Positions 8,441 through 19,375 are shown, numbered from the stretch's first letter. The stretch: 64,000 nucleotides of DNA from Bacilli bacterium (GCA_024408085.1 JAKSVH010000004.1:27676-91675), one strand, 5' to 3'. Notes: generated by a model not told the origin, from the sequence alone. Made by a program: numbers and translations.

Positions 8441-9744
8441 TGAACGATTTAACGATTAAAAACGGATTAGTCTACCTAGAAGGTAAATGGGTTAAAACCA
8501 ATTTATCTGTTTTAGGCGAGAAAATCGTTTATATCGGAGATGAAATCAAAGAAGCTAAAGAAGTACTCGACGCCGAAGGGCTTAATGTCCTACCAGGCTT
8601 AATTGACCCACACGTTCACTTTGAACTTAACTGTGGTAGAGTCACTTCATGCGATGATTTCTATACCGGTAGTGTTGCTGCCGCCTATGGCGGAGTAACT
8701 ACTATCGTTGATTTCTTAGACCCTACAAGTAATGCCAAGGATTTAGAAAAGTCTTACTACGATAGAATTGCTTTAGCAAAGAAATCAGTAGTTGACTATC
8801 ATATGCATGCATGTATTAAGAATCCAAACGGCGATCTTGAAGAATACGTTAAAACCGTTAAAAAGCTCGGTATGAAGACAATTAAGTTGTTTACAACTTA
8901 TTCTGATACCGGACGTAGAACATACGATAAAGACATCAAGACATTACTCGAACTTTCAAAGAAATATGACGTAATGATTGAAGCTCATATCGAAAATGAC
9001 AACATGATTGATCTTGGAGAAAGTTATACTTTCAAAGATCTTCCTGTATCACGTCCATCACTTTCTGAAACAAGCGAAGCTCTTAAGTTAGCAAAGCTTG
9101 TTAGAGAAGTAGGTGGAAACTTCTATATGGTTCACTGTTCAAGCGGCGAAACACTTAAAGCTTTAAAAGAACAATTTAGCGACATTCTTAATAAGAATTT
9201 TATTGTCGAGTCTTGTCCTCAATACTTTGTATTTAACAATTCAGTTCTTGAAGAGGAAAATGGCAAACTCTTCACATTTGCTCCTCCTCTAAGAAGCGAA
9301 AGAGAAAGACAACTTTTAACAGCTTACTACACAGACGTTATGTGCATTGGAACAGACCATTGTGCATTTATGTCAAAAGAGAAAGATTATCCGCGTCTCA
9401 TGGGCTTCCCACTTGGCGTTGGAGGAATTGAACATAGCTTCTCAACTATGTATAAAAGATTTGGTGATCCGATCATTGAAAAAATGTCAAAAAACACTGC
9501 AATTCTCCAGGATTTCTCTACAAAAGGCGAACTTTCTGTGGGTAAAGATGCTGACATTTCAATCTTCAAAGAGATACCAGATTACTTCGAAAAAGAGAAC
9601 CACGGAACATGTGATTATTCAATCTATGATGGCATCCTTGGAGCAGGTGAGTTCCAACACGTTATCATCCGTGGCAAGTTCGTTTTGAAAGATAGAAAAC
9701 TTGTTCCACACATTGGAAAAGAAATTATATGCGGGGTGAAATAA
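8440..9744 (+). CDS. Dihydropyrimidinase/hydantoinase (HyuA/HydA-like amidohydrolase)
   Basis: Motifs PGLIDPHVH, AAYGGVTTIVDF, IKLFTTY (carbamylated Lys position), AHIE, VHCS, ESCPQY and GTDH. Confidence 0.85.
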   Translation: MNDLTIKNGLVYLEGKWVKTNLSVLGEKIVYIGDEIKEAKEVLDAEGLNVLPGLIDPHVHFELNCGRVTSCDDFYTGSVAAAYGGVTTIVDFLDPTSNAKDLEKSYYDRIALAKKSVVDYHMHACIKNPNGDLEEYVKTVKKLGMKTIKLFTTYSDTGRRTYDKDIKTLLELSKKYDVMIEAHIENDNMIDLGESYTFKDLPVSRPSLSETSEALKLAKLVREVGGNFYMVHCSSGETLKALKEQFSDILNKNFIVESCPQYFVFNNSVLEEENGKLFTFAPPLRSERERQLLTAYYTDVMCIGTDHCAFMSKEKDYPRLMGFPLGVGGIEHSFSTMYKRFGDPIIEKMSKNTAILQDFSTKGELSVGKDADISIFKEIPDYFEKENHGTCDYSIYDGILGAGEFQHVIIRGKFVLKDRKLVPHIGKEIICGVK

Positions 9745-9745
9745 T

Positions 9746-11038
9746 ATGAACGCTATTATTAACGCAAGAATTTATGACTATGTAACCTACATTGAAAACG
9801 GCTACCTTGTTTATGATGACAAGATTGTCGAAGTAGGTGACATGAAAAACTTCAAAAACAAAGGTTACGACAGAGTCGAAGATTTTGGTGGCGACTTACT
9901 TATGCCAACATTTGTATGCGCACACTCACATATTTACTCAATCTTTGCTCGTGGTTTAATTCTTCCATTCAACCCAAAGAATTTCCAAGATATCCTAGAT
10001 CAAATGTGGTGGAAGTTAGATGCTGAGTTAGTTAACAAAGAAACTTATTACTCTGCAATTTGTGCAGGTGAAGAGTTCTTACTTAATGGCGTTACTTTAG
10101 TAATTGACCATCACGCATCAGGAGAAATCCTCGGTTCACTTAAAGAACTTCGCAAAGCATTTGTTGGACCACTTAAAATGCGTGGAATCTTCTGCTTTGA
10201 AACCTCTGACCGTTACGATGTAAAAGCTTGCCTAAAAGAGAACTCTAGCTTTGCTAGAAAGTATCCAGGTGAAGGATTATTTGGAATGCACGCTTCAATG
10301 TCAATTTCAGATAAGACCCTTAAGAGTATCGCAAAAGTTCAAAATGGTGTTCCAGTTCACGTCCACGTTTCAGAATCTGAAATGGATGAAGAAGATAGCT
10401 ATGCTAAATATGGAAAATCAATTATTGAAAGATTTGATGAAGCAGGAATTTTGATTCCAAACTCACTTATCGTCCACGGTGTTCATCTAAGTGATGAAGA
10501 ACTTGATATCATTGCAAAAAATAAATGTTATATGGTTGTAAATACAACCTCAAATATGAACAATGCAGTTGGTTTACCATATGTAAAGAACTACATTGAT
10601 CACAATATTCCAGTCATGGTTGGAAATGATGGTTTAAATTCCAACATGGCAAGTGAATACATGAACGTTTTGTTCTCTGGACATGTAAGAGCAGGTTCTC
10701 CAACCGCACTTGGCGTTGGTGATGTTCAAAAAATGATTAGAAACTCTTACAAATATGTTGGAGATAGATTAGGTGTAAAACTTGGTGAATTTAAGTCTGG
10801 TTATGAAGCCGACTTCATGAGAGTTCAATACACTCCATTTACCAAGATGGACGAGACTAACGCACTCGGCCACATCGTGTTTGGATTGTTCCCAAATTTC
10901 AAACCAAGCGATGTCTACACTTATGGTAAAAAACGCGTGAAAAACTACAAAATCACCAGCAAATCCCTAGTAAATCAAGTTATTGAGGCTAGAAAATATG
11001 CTGATAATTTATGGACCAAAGTTAAAGGAGGAAAATAA
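9746..11038 (+). CDS. ssnA: SsnA-like amidohydrolase
   Basis: Motifs CAHSHIYSIFARG, WWKLD, NGVTLVIDHHAS, FETSDR, HASMS, SNMNNAVG and GNDG. Confidence 0.8.
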   Translation: MNAIINARIYDYVTYIENGYLVYDDKIVEVGDMKNFKNKGYDRVEDFGGDLLMPTFVCAHSHIYSIFARGLILPFNPKNFQDILDQMWWKLDAELVNKETYYSAICAGEEFLLNGVTLVIDHHASGEILGSLKELRKAFVGPLKMRGIFCFETSDRYDVKACLKENSSFARKYPGEGLFGMHASMSISDKTLKSIAKVQNGVPVHVHVSESEMDEEDSYAKYGKSIIERFDEAGILIPNSLIVHGVHLSDEELDIIAKNKCYMVVNTTSNMNNAVGLPYVKNYIDHNIPVMVGNDGLNSNMASEYMNVLFSGHVRAGSPTALGVGDVQKMIRNSYKYVGDRLGVKLGEFKSGYEADFMRVQYTPFTKMDETNALGHIVFGLFPNFKPSDVYTYGKKRVKNYKITSKSLVNQVIEARKYADNLWTKVKGGK

Positions 11039-11040
11039 CA

Positions 11041-12138
11041 ATGGACATATCTACAAAGTTTGACGGATTAGTACTTGAAAATCCACTTATGCCAGCTGCA
11101 GGACCAGTTGTTGGCGATGCAGAAAAAATGCTCTGGTTAGAGAAGGTTGCAGGTTGTGGCGCAATTGTTGCAAAAACTATTTCAACAAAAGATGCTCACA
11201 TTCCACACCCATGTATTTACGGTGATCGTGATTACATCATGAACTGTGAACTCTGGACAGAATACAGCAAAGAAAAATGGATTAATGAATTTTTGCCTTT
11301 CTATAAGAAAAACTCAATTGGTAAACCACTTATTATTTCGGTTGGTTATACCAAAGAAGATATGGAAGTGTTAATTCCTTTACTCGATGAATTCGCAGAT
11401 GCATTCGAAGTTTCAACTCACTACGTTGGAAATGACTTAAATCAATTAGGCGAAACAGTCGCAACAATTAGAAGACTTACCAAAAAGCCATTCTATATGA
11501 AGATATCTGCTCATATGCCAGATCCAGAAGGATTTGCCCACACAATTAAAGTTAATGGTGCAAATGGTGTTGTCGCAGTTAACTCTCTTGGTCCATCAAT
11601 GAAAATTGATATTGCTAATAGAGAGATTATTTATGGAAATGCTAAAGGATTTGCATGGACCTCTGGACCATACATTAAGAATATTGCTTTAGCAACAGTC
11701 TATACAATTAAGAAAGCAGAACCATCCTTAACCGTTATTGGTGTTGGTGGTATTGCTTCAGCAAGTGATGTCATCGAATTCTTACTCGCAGGTGCAAGTG
11801 CAGTTCAAATGTTATCTGCAGCAATGCTCCGTGGAAAAGAACTCTATGCCAAGATTATTGCTGACCTCCCAGCAACACTTGAAAAGTATGGATTCAAATC
11901 AGTCGAAGATGTTATAAAGACAGGTTTACATCAAGAACTTCGCTATGAAATAGGCGAAGCCCCAACAGTTGATGCTACAAAATGTAGCAAGTGTGGCACA
12001 TGTGCCAGAATCTGTCCTTATTTCGCAATAGAAATGGACGGAACTCCAAAGTTCAATTCTGAAAAATGTTTCAGATGCGGTCTTTGTGTTAGTAAATGTC
12101 CAGTCAAAGCACTTACTTATCACAAGGGGGCTAAATAA
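11041..12138 (+). CDS. Dihydroorotate/dihydropyrimidine dehydrogenase-like FMN barrel fused to a 2x[4Fe-4S] ferredoxin domain (PreA-like)
   Basis: Barrel motifs LENPLMPAAGP, VAKTIS, GVVAVNS, SGP and IGVGGI..ASDVIEFLLAGASAVQ; C-terminal CxxCxxCxxxCP twice. Confidence 0.8.
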   Translation: MDISTKFDGLVLENPLMPAAGPVVGDAEKMLWLEKVAGCGAIVAKTISTKDAHIPHPCIYGDRDYIMNCELWTEYSKEKWINEFLPFYKKNSIGKPLIISVGYTKEDMEVLIPLLDEFADAFEVSTHYVGNDLNQLGETVATIRRLTKKPFYMKISAHMPDPEGFAHTIKVNGANGVVAVNSLGPSMKIDIANREIIYGNAKGFAWTSGPYIKNIALATVYTIKKAEPSLTVIGVGGIASASDVIEFLLAGASAVQMLSAAMLRGKELYAKIIADLPATLEKYGFKSVEDVIKTGLHQELRYEIGEAPTVDATKCSKCGTCARICPYFAIEMDGTPKFNSEKCFRCGLCVSKCPVKALTYHKGAK

Positions 12139-14234
12139 TGGACAAATTTAAAACTTCCACAGCGAAGGTAGACTTTCCTGAAAAGGTTCGTGGTGAAGCA
12201 AAGTTCACTGATGATATTAGCTTCCCAGACATGCTTTTCGCGAAGACTGTTAGATCTACAGTAGCTCGTGGAAAAATTAAGAAGATAACACTTCCTAAAA
12301 TGCCAGAAGGATATCACTGGTTCTGTGCAGATGACATTAAGGGCGAAAACGTCGTTAATATTATCTTCTCAGACTGGCCAGTCTTTGCAGCAGGAAGAGT
12401 TAAATTTATTGGGGAATCCATAGGTATTTTTGTTGGAAAAGACAAGGAAATCCTGGATAAATTGGCTTCTGAGATCAAAATTGATTATGAAGAAGAAACC
12501 CCTGTTTATGAGTTAACTGAAAGCTATATTCACAAGGCATTTAAGAAGGGTGATTACGAGGCTGCAAAAGCTAAAGCAGTTAAGGTAATCAAACATACTT
12601 ACGAAACAGGTTATCAAGAGCAAGCTTACTTAGAGAATCAAGGCATCATTTGTTACTTTGATGAGAACGATAAACTTACACTCACAGGTTCAATGCAATG
12701 TCCGTTCTATATTAAGCGTGCAGTTATGAGATCCTGCGGACTTAAAGACGACGAAGTTAGAGTAATTCAACCAGCAGTCGGTGGAGCCTTCGGTGGTAAA
12801 GAACACTATCCATCAATGATTGGCTCACAAGTAGCAGTTGCAGCTATCGCCCTTCATAAACCAGTTAAGATGTGTTTTGAACGTGCTGAAGACATTACTT
12901 TCACAACAAAACGACATCCTTCACATAGTGAATACGAAGCATTAATTGATCAAGACAACAACATTTTAGGATTAAAGATTAGAGTTGGATTAAATGGCGG
13001 AGCATACAAAGGATGCTCTGGCGTTGTCCTTTCTCGTGCTTTAATTGCTTCATCAAATGCTTATGTATTTGAAAACTTAGATGTTGTTGGAGATGTCTAT
13101 ATGACAAACACAACTCCAACAGCAGCATTTAGAGGTTTCGGTTCTCCTCAAACAATCTTTGCAATGGAAATGTTTATTCATCACGTTGCAAAAGAACTTG
13201 GAGTTGATCCTCTAGAGCTTAGATTTAAATATCTTGCAAAGCAAGGTGATGTAACTGCAAATAATGGTCATTTCCATGATCCAATTGTTCTAAAAGAACT
13301 TATGGAAAAGGCTATGAAGATGTCAGATTATAAACGTAAGCTAAAAGCTTACTCAAAACCAGGCTGCAATAAAGGCATTGGTATGTCCATTTTCCTTCAT
13401 GGCTGTGGATTTACTGGTTCAGGCGAGTCAGATATCATCCACGGCAAAGTAAAACTTGTTAAAGATGAACACGACCACGTTTATTGCTATGCAGCACCAG
13501 TTGACTTTGGTCAAGGCAACCGCACAACACTTAAGAAGATTGTTTCAAATACCTTAGGTCTCCCAGAAGATCAAGTCTCATTTGAAGCACCTGATACAGA
13601 CCATACTCCAGACTCTGGACCAACAGCTGCATCACGTACAATCATTATTGTCGGCTTCTTATTTGAGAAGTGTGCAAAACACTTAAAAGAAATTTGGAAG
13701 AGCGGAGAAAGACAAGAATATGTCGAACCTTATGTTGGACCAAGCTACATCCATTGGGACGAAGATACAATGCAAGGTGATGCTTATCCAGGTTATTCTT
13801 GGGGTGTCAACATAGTTGAAGTTGAATTCAATCCAGTTACATATCAAGTTTCAGTCTTAAATACTTGGTCAACATATGATGTTGGTAGAGTTGTAGATGA
13901 AAGAATTGCTGTAGGTCAAGCTGATGGAGGATTACTCCAAGGTCTTGGCTATGGCTACTTAGAGGAAATGAAATGTGTTGATGGAAGAATGAGAAATAGA
14001 AACTTATCTGATTACATTATTCCAACATTTGAAGATGCTCCTCATATGGAAACAGCATTCATCGATAATCCATTTATTTATGGTGCTAACGGAGCAAAGG
14101 GTATGGGTGAGCTCACATTGGTTGGTGGAGCACCTGCTGTTGCACTCGCAATTGAGAACGCAATTGGCCGAAAAATCTCAAAAATCCCTGCAAATCCTGA
14201 ATATCTTATGGAGGTTATGAAACATGAAAATTAA
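12138..14234 (+). CDS. Second xanthine dehydrogenase family molybdopterin-binding subunit (PucD-like)
   Basis: Motifs QEQAYLE, QCPF, VGGAFGGKE, AFRGFGSPQ, DFGQG, DSGPTAASR and GAKGMGE. Confidence 0.9.
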   Translation: MDKFKTSTAKVDFPEKVRGEAKFTDDISFPDMLFAKTVRSTVARGKIKKITLPKMPEGYHWFCADDIKGENVVNIIFSDWPVFAAGRVKFIGESIGIFVGKDKEILDKLASEIKIDYEEETPVYELTESYIHKAFKKGDYEAAKAKAVKVIKHTYETGYQEQAYLENQGIICYFDENDKLTLTGSMQCPFYIKRAVMRSCGLKDDEVRVIQPAVGGAFGGKEHYPSMIGSQVAVAAIALHKPVKMCFERAEDITFTTKRHPSHSEYEALIDQDNNILGLKIRVGLNGGAYKGCSGVVLSRALIASSNAYVFENLDVVGDVYMTNTTPTAAFRGFGSPQTIFAMEMFIHHVAKELGVDPLELRFKYLAKQGDVTANNGHFHDPIVLKELMEKAMKMSDYKRKLKAYSKPGCNKGIGMSIFLHGCGFTGSGESDIIHGKVKLVKDEHDHVYCYAAPVDFGQGNRTTLKKIVSNTLGLPEDQVSFEAPDTDHTPDSGPTAASRTIIIVGFLFEKCAKHLKEIWKSGERQEYVEPYVGPSYIHWDEDTMQGDAYPGYSWGVNIVEVEFNPVTYQVSVLNTWSTYDVGRVVDERIAVGQADGGLLQGLGYGYLEEMKCVDGRMRNRNLSDYIIPTFEDAPHMETAFIDNPFIYGANGAKGMGELTLVGGAPAVALAIENAIGRKISKIPANPEYLMEVMKHEN

Positions 14235-14694
14235 TTTTAATATGAATGGAAAACCTGTTGAAATTGATGTCGATCCATCCATGAGATTCCTTGATGTTGT
14301 TAGAGACGTTTTACATCTCAACGGCACTAAAGAAGGTTGTGGTGAAGGCTCATGTGGAGCGTGTGTCGTTTTGATGGATGGTAAATCTGTTAACTCATGC
14401 TTACTTCCTGTTGCAAACGCAATTGGTCATGACTTCGTCACAATTGAAGGTTTAAAAGAAACAAAAGAATTTGATATTTTACAACAAGCATTTGCTGAAA
14501 TGGGTGGTTCACAATGTGGTTTCTGTACTCCAGGAATGATCATTGCAGCCTACTCACTTCTCAAACACAACCCTTATCCAACCGAGGCACAAGTTAGAGA
14601 GGAAATGTCAGGTAACCTTTGCAGATGTACAGGTTATCAAGCAATTGTTGAAGCAGTTTTAAAAGCTGCTAAGAAAGGAGCAGGATTATGGTAG
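14224..14694 (+). CDS. Second xanthine dehydrogenase family [2Fe-2S] subunit (PucE-like)
   Basis: Motifs GTKEGCGEGSCGAC, QCGFCTPG and GNLCRCTGY. Confidence 0.93.
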   Translation: MKINFNMNGKPVEIDVDPSMRFLDVVRDVLHLNGTKEGCGEGSCGACVVLMDGKSVNSCLLPVANAIGHDFVTIEGLKETKEFDILQQAFAEMGGSQCGFCTPGMIIAAYSLLKHNPYPTEAQVREEMSGNLCRCTGYQAIVEAVLKAAKKGAGLW

Positions 14695-15539
14695 AAAAAT
14701 ACATTCCAGCTTCCAAAAAAGAAGCATTAGAAGTCCTTTCTAAGCATGATTGCTACATTGTAGCAGGTGGTTCTGACCTTATGGTCATGAAGAAAAACAC
14801 TGCAGGTTTAGCACCTAAGTTTGATAAAGACATTTTATACACATCACACATTGATGAATTAAAAGGTATTTATGAAGATGAAGCAGGAGTTCATGTCAAA
14901 GCTGGCACAACTCTTGATGAAGTCTTAAATTCAAAACTTGCACCTGCATTATTAAAGAAAGCAGTTAGCCAAGTTGCTTCAGCAAACATTAGACACTTTG
15001 CAACACTCGTTGGAAACCTTGCAAACGCATCTCCAGCAGGTGACACAATTGTTGTTGATTTCTTACTTGATGCAAAAGTTAAACTTGAGTCAGTTGGTGG
15101 TGAAAGAATTGTTGACGTCGAAAACTTTGTTCTTGGCGTTAGAAAAATTGATCGTCACCCAGATGAATTAATCACTGAACTTATCTTCCCAAAACTTGAT
15201 TATTCAGGTGATATGTGGTGGAAAGTTGGCTCAAGAAAAGCCGACTCAATTTCAAAGGTCATGGTAGCAGGATATTGGGGAATTCGCGGAAAAATCGTCG
15301 AGAAATTCGCATTATCTTTCGGTTCTGTCTCAATCAAAGCAGTCCGCTCACATGACATCGAAAAAGAGATTATTGGCTTATCAGTTTCCGAATTAAAAGC
15401 TCGTAAAAATGAGTTCATTGAGAAGTATGGAAAGATTGTTACTCCAATTGATGACCAACGTTCAAATGCTGAATATCGTCATAAAGTTGCAATGAACATC
15501 GTTTCAGAATTTATCGACAAAGTCGTAGGAGGTAAATAA
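14688..15539 (+). CDS. Second xanthine dehydrogenase family FAD-binding subunit (PucC-like)
   Basis: Motifs AGGSDLMV, IRHFATLVGNLANASPAGD, KVGSRKA and PIDDQRSNAEYR. Confidence 0.9.
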   Translation: MVEKYIPASKKEALEVLSKHDCYIVAGGSDLMVMKKNTAGLAPKFDKDILYTSHIDELKGIYEDEAGVHVKAGTTLDEVLNSKLAPALLKKAVSQVASANIRHFATLVGNLANASPAGDTIVVDFLLDAKVKLESVGGERIVDVENFVLGVRKIDRHPDELITELIFPKLDYSGDMWWKVGSRKADSISKVMVAGYWGIRGKIVEKFALSFGSVSIKAVRSHDIEKEIIGLSVSELKARKNEFIEKYGKIVTPIDDQRSNAEYRHKVAMNIVSEFIDKVVGGK

Positions 15540-16783
15540 TGAGTTATATTAAAGGTTATCGTTGTACGATTTGTGGTGCCGAATTTAAAGAAGGCGAAGT
15601 AGGTTTAACCTGTCCTCACTGTGGTGAAAAAGGCATCCTTGACGTAATCTATGATTACGATGAGCTTAAAAAAGTACTTACCAAAGAATACTTTTCTAAC
15701 AACCGTAATTACTCAATGTGGCGTTATGCGCCTATCATGGGAATTAAAGAAGATCACATTGATGAAATGTTAAGAGTTGGATGGACTCCACTCTATCACG
15801 CAAGAAATTTAGAGAAAGAATTAGGTGTAGCAAAGCTATACGTTAAAGATGATGGCTTAAATCCAAGTGGTTCAAGTAAAGACAGAGCATCTGGCGTCGC
15901 AGTCTTAAAGGCTGTTGAAGCTGGAGCAAAAGTTATTGCTTGTTCTTCTACAGGTAACGCCGCATCAAGCTGTGCTTGTCAAGCAGCTCATATGGGACTC
16001 AAAGCAGTTATTTTCGTCCCAAAAAGAGCACCTATTGGCAAAGCCACACAAATTTGTTTATACGGTGCTACTTTAGTGAAAGTTGATGGCGACTATAAAG
16101 CCGCATTCCAACTTTCTAAAGCTGCTATCGATAAATACGGTTGGTACAACCGTAATGCTGCCATAAACCCATTCATGGTCGAAGGTAAGAAGACAGTTTC
16201 TATGGAAATTGCCGAACAACTTAACTGGGAACCTACTGATTGGGTAGCTGTATCTGTTGGTGACGGGTGCACAGTTGGTGGCGTATACAAAGGATTTATG
16301 GAATTCCATAAGTTAGGTTTAATTAAACGAATTCCAAAGATTCTTGGTGTTCAATCTACTGGATGTTGTCCATTTGTTATTTCAAGTGAAACAGGTGAAC
16401 CACTTAAAGAAGCAGACGAAAACACTCTTGCTGACTCTATTGCAGTTGGCATCCCAAGAAACCCTATTAAAGCACTTAATGCAATTAAATTTAGTAATGG
16501 TGCTTGGGTTTCAGTGCCTGATAGTGATATCATTAAAGCAATGGGTTTACTCGGAAGAACCGAAGGTATCTTCGGTGAACCTGCCGGTGTTGCCGCAATT
16601 GCAGGCATCAAAAAGGCTGTTGAATTAGGTATCATCAAACCTAATGAAACAGTTACTACAATCGTGACTGGCAATGGTCTAAAAGACCCAGTCAACGGAC
16701 AAAAGGCGGTATCCATGCCTGATCCACTTGAACCTAACATGGACAAATTGGATGAGTATTTAAGACAAAAAGGAGCAATTTAA
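15539..16783 (+). CDS. Threonine-synthase-like fold-type II PLP enzyme with an N-terminal Zn ribbon
   Basis: CxxC...CxxC, then GWTPL, NPSGSSKDR (PLP Lys), SSTGNAASS, EGKKT and TGNGLKD. The operon context suggests a catabolic role. Confidence 0.8.
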   Translation: MSYIKGYRCTICGAEFKEGEVGLTCPHCGEKGILDVIYDYDELKKVLTKEYFSNNRNYSMWRYAPIMGIKEDHIDEMLRVGWTPLYHARNLEKELGVAKLYVKDDGLNPSGSSKDRASGVAVLKAVEAGAKVIACSSTGNAASSCACQAAHMGLKAVIFVPKRAPIGKATQICLYGATLVKVDGDYKAAFQLSKAAIDKYGWYNRNAAINPFMVEGKKTVSMEIAEQLNWEPTDWVAVSVGDGCTVGGVYKGFMEFHKLGLIKRIPKILGVQSTGCCPFVISSETGEPLKEADENTLADSIAVGIPRNPIKALNAIKFSNGAWVSVPDSDIIKAMGLLGRTEGIFGEPAGVAAIAGIKKAVELGIIKPNETVTTIVTGNGLKDPVNGQKAVSMPDPLEPNMDKLDEYLRQKGAI

Positions 16784-16784
16784 T

Positions 16785-18155
16785 ATGTCAAAAATTCCAT
16801 TTGGACCTACGTATGATGAAATGTTAAATCCATCACACCAAGATCCTAAAGTCAGAGCAGAAGCTCTCAAAGCAATCAAGACAAACGAACTTGACCCGAT
16901 TAACCTCTTTAACATCACATGGAAGAATGATAAGGATGAGGTTAATAAAATTGTTCTTCCAAAGGAACTTACAGGTGTAGACGCAAATATCGTTGTCTTA
17001 CTTGGTAAGTATTTCCCATCTGGATCACACAAAGTTGGTCCAGCTTATTCAACACTCATGGAAGGATGTGTTGATGGCGAAATTATCCCAGGAAAACACA
17101 CAATTCTTGGCCCTTCAACAGGCAACTTTGGTATTGGCGTTTCTTACATCACAAACTTGATGAAATATGATGCAATCGTCATTATGCCAGACAACATGTC
17201 AAAAGAAAGATATGAACGTATTTCAAAATACGGTGCAAAACTTGATTTGACACCAGGTTCAGAATCAGACGTTATTCTTACACTTGAAAGAACATACGAA
17301 CTCAAGAAGAACCCAATGAATAGAACTTTAGCTCAATTTGAGCTCTTACCAAACTATCGTTTCCACAGACACGTTACTGGTAATTCCTGTATCGAAGCTG
17401 TCAAAGGTATTGGTAATGGTCGTATCGCATGTTTCTGTTCAGCACCAGGCTCAGCCGGTACTTTAGCAGCAGGCGACCAAATTAAAGTTGCATTCCCAGA
17501 ATGTAAAATTGCAGCTCTTGAACCACATGAATGTTCAACACTCACCAATGGTGGTTTAGGACAACACAGAATTGAAGGTATTGGCGATAAGATGATTACT
17601 CTTATTCACAACGCCTTAACAACTGACTTCATCACCCAAATCATCGATGATGATTGTGTCCGTGGTTTAGCAGTTATCCATGAAGGTAAAGAAATCCTTA
17701 AAGCTCATGGTGTTCCAGCAAAAGTTGCAGATTCAATGGTAGACCTCTTTGGTGTCTCCGGTATTTGTAATATTCTTGGAGCTATCAAGATGGCAAAATA
17801 TCTCAAACTCGGTCCAAACGACAACGTCGTTACAATCGCAACCGACTCATTTGATAGATATCCATCAGTCATTAAGAACCTCCATGATAGAGAACTCGAA
17901 GTTACTGATCACGTTTTAGAGAGATGGTTCAACGACGTCTTTATGGGCGCTGATGGTTCCTATATCCTAGATACACGTGGAGCAGAAGCTAAAGAAAAAC
18001 TCTTCAAACAAAAAGAATCAGACTGGTTAAAATTCGGCTACAAACAAGAATATCTTGATGCCATGAGAAAACCAGAATTCTGGGAAGCAGAATACAACAA
18101 AGTCTTCGAATACGATAAGAAGATTAAAGAAATGCGTGGAAAGGAAATCAAATAA
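16785..18155 (+). CDS. Uncharacterised cysteine-synthase-like fold-type II PLP enzyme
   Basis: Motifs SGSHKVG (PLP Lys), [25 protein letters not shown] and TDS..RY. Confidence 0.8.
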   Translation: MSKIPFGPTYDEMLNPSHQDPKVRAEALKAIKTNELDPINLFNITWKNDKDEVNKIVLPKELTGVDANIVVLLGKYFPSGSHKVGPAYSTLMEGCVDGEIIPGKHTILGPSTGNFGIGVSYITNLMKYDAIVIMPDNMSKERYERISKYGAKLDLTPGSESDVILTLERTYELKKNPMNRTLAQFELLPNYRFHRHVTGNSCIEAVKGIGNGRIACFCSAPGSAGTLAAGDQIKVAFPECKIAALEPHECSTLTNGGLGQHRIEGIGDKMITLIHNALTTDFITQIIDDDCVRGLAVIHEGKEILKAHGVPAKVADSMVDLFGVSGICNILGAIKMAKYLKLGPNDNVVTIATDSFDRYPSVIKNLHDRELEVTDHVLERWFNDVFMGADGSYILDTRGAEAKEKLFKQKESDWLKFGYKQEYLDAMRKPEFWEAEYNKVFEYDKKIKEMRGKEIK

Positions 18156-19375
18156 TGAAAGTTTCATTTGAAGAAATCCTCAAGAAAGCCGAATCATATA
18201 AGGCTGATATGACAAAATTCCTTCGTGACATGGTTAAGATTCCATCAGAATCATGTGAAGAAAAAGATGTCGTTCTCCGCATTAAAGAAGAAATGCTCAA
18301 AGTTGGTTTCGACAAAGTCGAAATCGACCCAATGGGCAACGTAATGGGCTATATCGGCCATGGTAAACACCTCATCGCAATGGACGCACATATCGATACA
18401 GTCGGTATTGGCGAAATTAAGAACTGGAAGTTCGATCCATATGAAGGTTTTGAAGATGATGTCTACATTGGTGGACGTGGAACTTCAGACCAAGAAGGTG
18501 GTATGGCTTCAATGGTCTATGCAGGTAAAATCATTAAAGATTTAGGCCTCGAAGATGATTACACACTTCTTGTAACAGGTACTGTTCAAGAAGAAGACTG
18601 TGATGGTCTTTGCTGGAAATACATTATTGAACAAGATAAGATTAAACCAGAATTCGTTGTTTCAACTGAACCAACAAGCTGCCAAATCTATCGTGGTCAC
18701 CGTGGACGTATGGAAATCAAAGTCAACGTTCGTGGTATTTCCTGCCATGGTTCTGCACCAGAACGTGGCGACAATGCTATTTACAAAATGGCAGACATTA
18801 TTAATCAAATTAAGGAACTTAACGAAACAGGACTTGCCTATGATCCATTCTTAGGAAAAGGTACTGTTACAATTTCCCAAATCTTCCATAAATCACCAAG
18901 CCGCTGTGCAGTCGCTGATGGTTGCTGGATTTCACTTGATAGACGTTTAACAGTTGGTGAAAACGATAAAACATCAATTGCAGAAATCGAAAACTTACCA
19001 GCAGTTAAAGCTGCTAAAGCAGAAGTCACAATGTACGATTATGAACGTCCAGCCTATACTGGATTAGTTTATAAACAAGAATGTTACTTCCCAACATGGG
19101 TTATTCCAGAGGAATCAATCTACGTTCAATCCTTAAAACAAGGTTACGAAGGATTATTTGGAAAAGCTCCAGTTATTGATAAGTGGACATTCTCAACCAA
19201 TGGCGTCTCAATTTGTGGACGTTTTGGAATTCCTTGCTTAGGCTTCGGCCCAGGTGATGAAAAAGAAGCTCACGCACCAAATGAAAAGACACGTAAACAA
19301 GATCTTGTCATCTGTGCAGCTTTATATGCAACAATTCCAGGTCTTTACCTCGAGAATTTAGCAAAACAAAAATAG
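18155..19375 (+). CDS. ygeY: YgeY-family M20 hydrolase
   Basis: Motifs [58 protein letters not shown] and AHAPNE. Confidence 0.9.
   Translation: MKVSFEEILKKAESYKADMTKFLRDMVKIPSESCEEKDVVLRIKEEMLKVGFDKVEIDPMGNVMGYIGHGKHLIAMDAHIDTVGIGEIKNWKFDPYEGFEDDVYIGGRGTSDQEGGMASMVYAGKIIKDLGLEDDYTLLVTGTVQEEDCDGLCWKYIIEQDKIKPEFVVSTEPTSCQIYRGHRGRMEIKVNVRGISCHGSAPERGDNAIYKMADIINQIKELNETGLAYDPFLGKGTVTISQIFHKSPSRCAVADGCWISLDRRLTVGENDKTSIAEIENLPAVKAAKAEVTMYDYERPAYTGLVYKQECYFPTWVIPEESIYVQSLKQGYEGLFGKAPVIDKWTFSTNGVSICGRFGIPCLGFGPGDEKEAHAPNEKTRKQDLVICAALYATIPGLYLENLAKQK

Noticed and set aside
15539-16783. Calling this gene biosynthetic thrC
   Set aside because: The fold matches, but the gene is embedded in a catabolic operon with no hom/thrB nearby, so the symbol is withheld.
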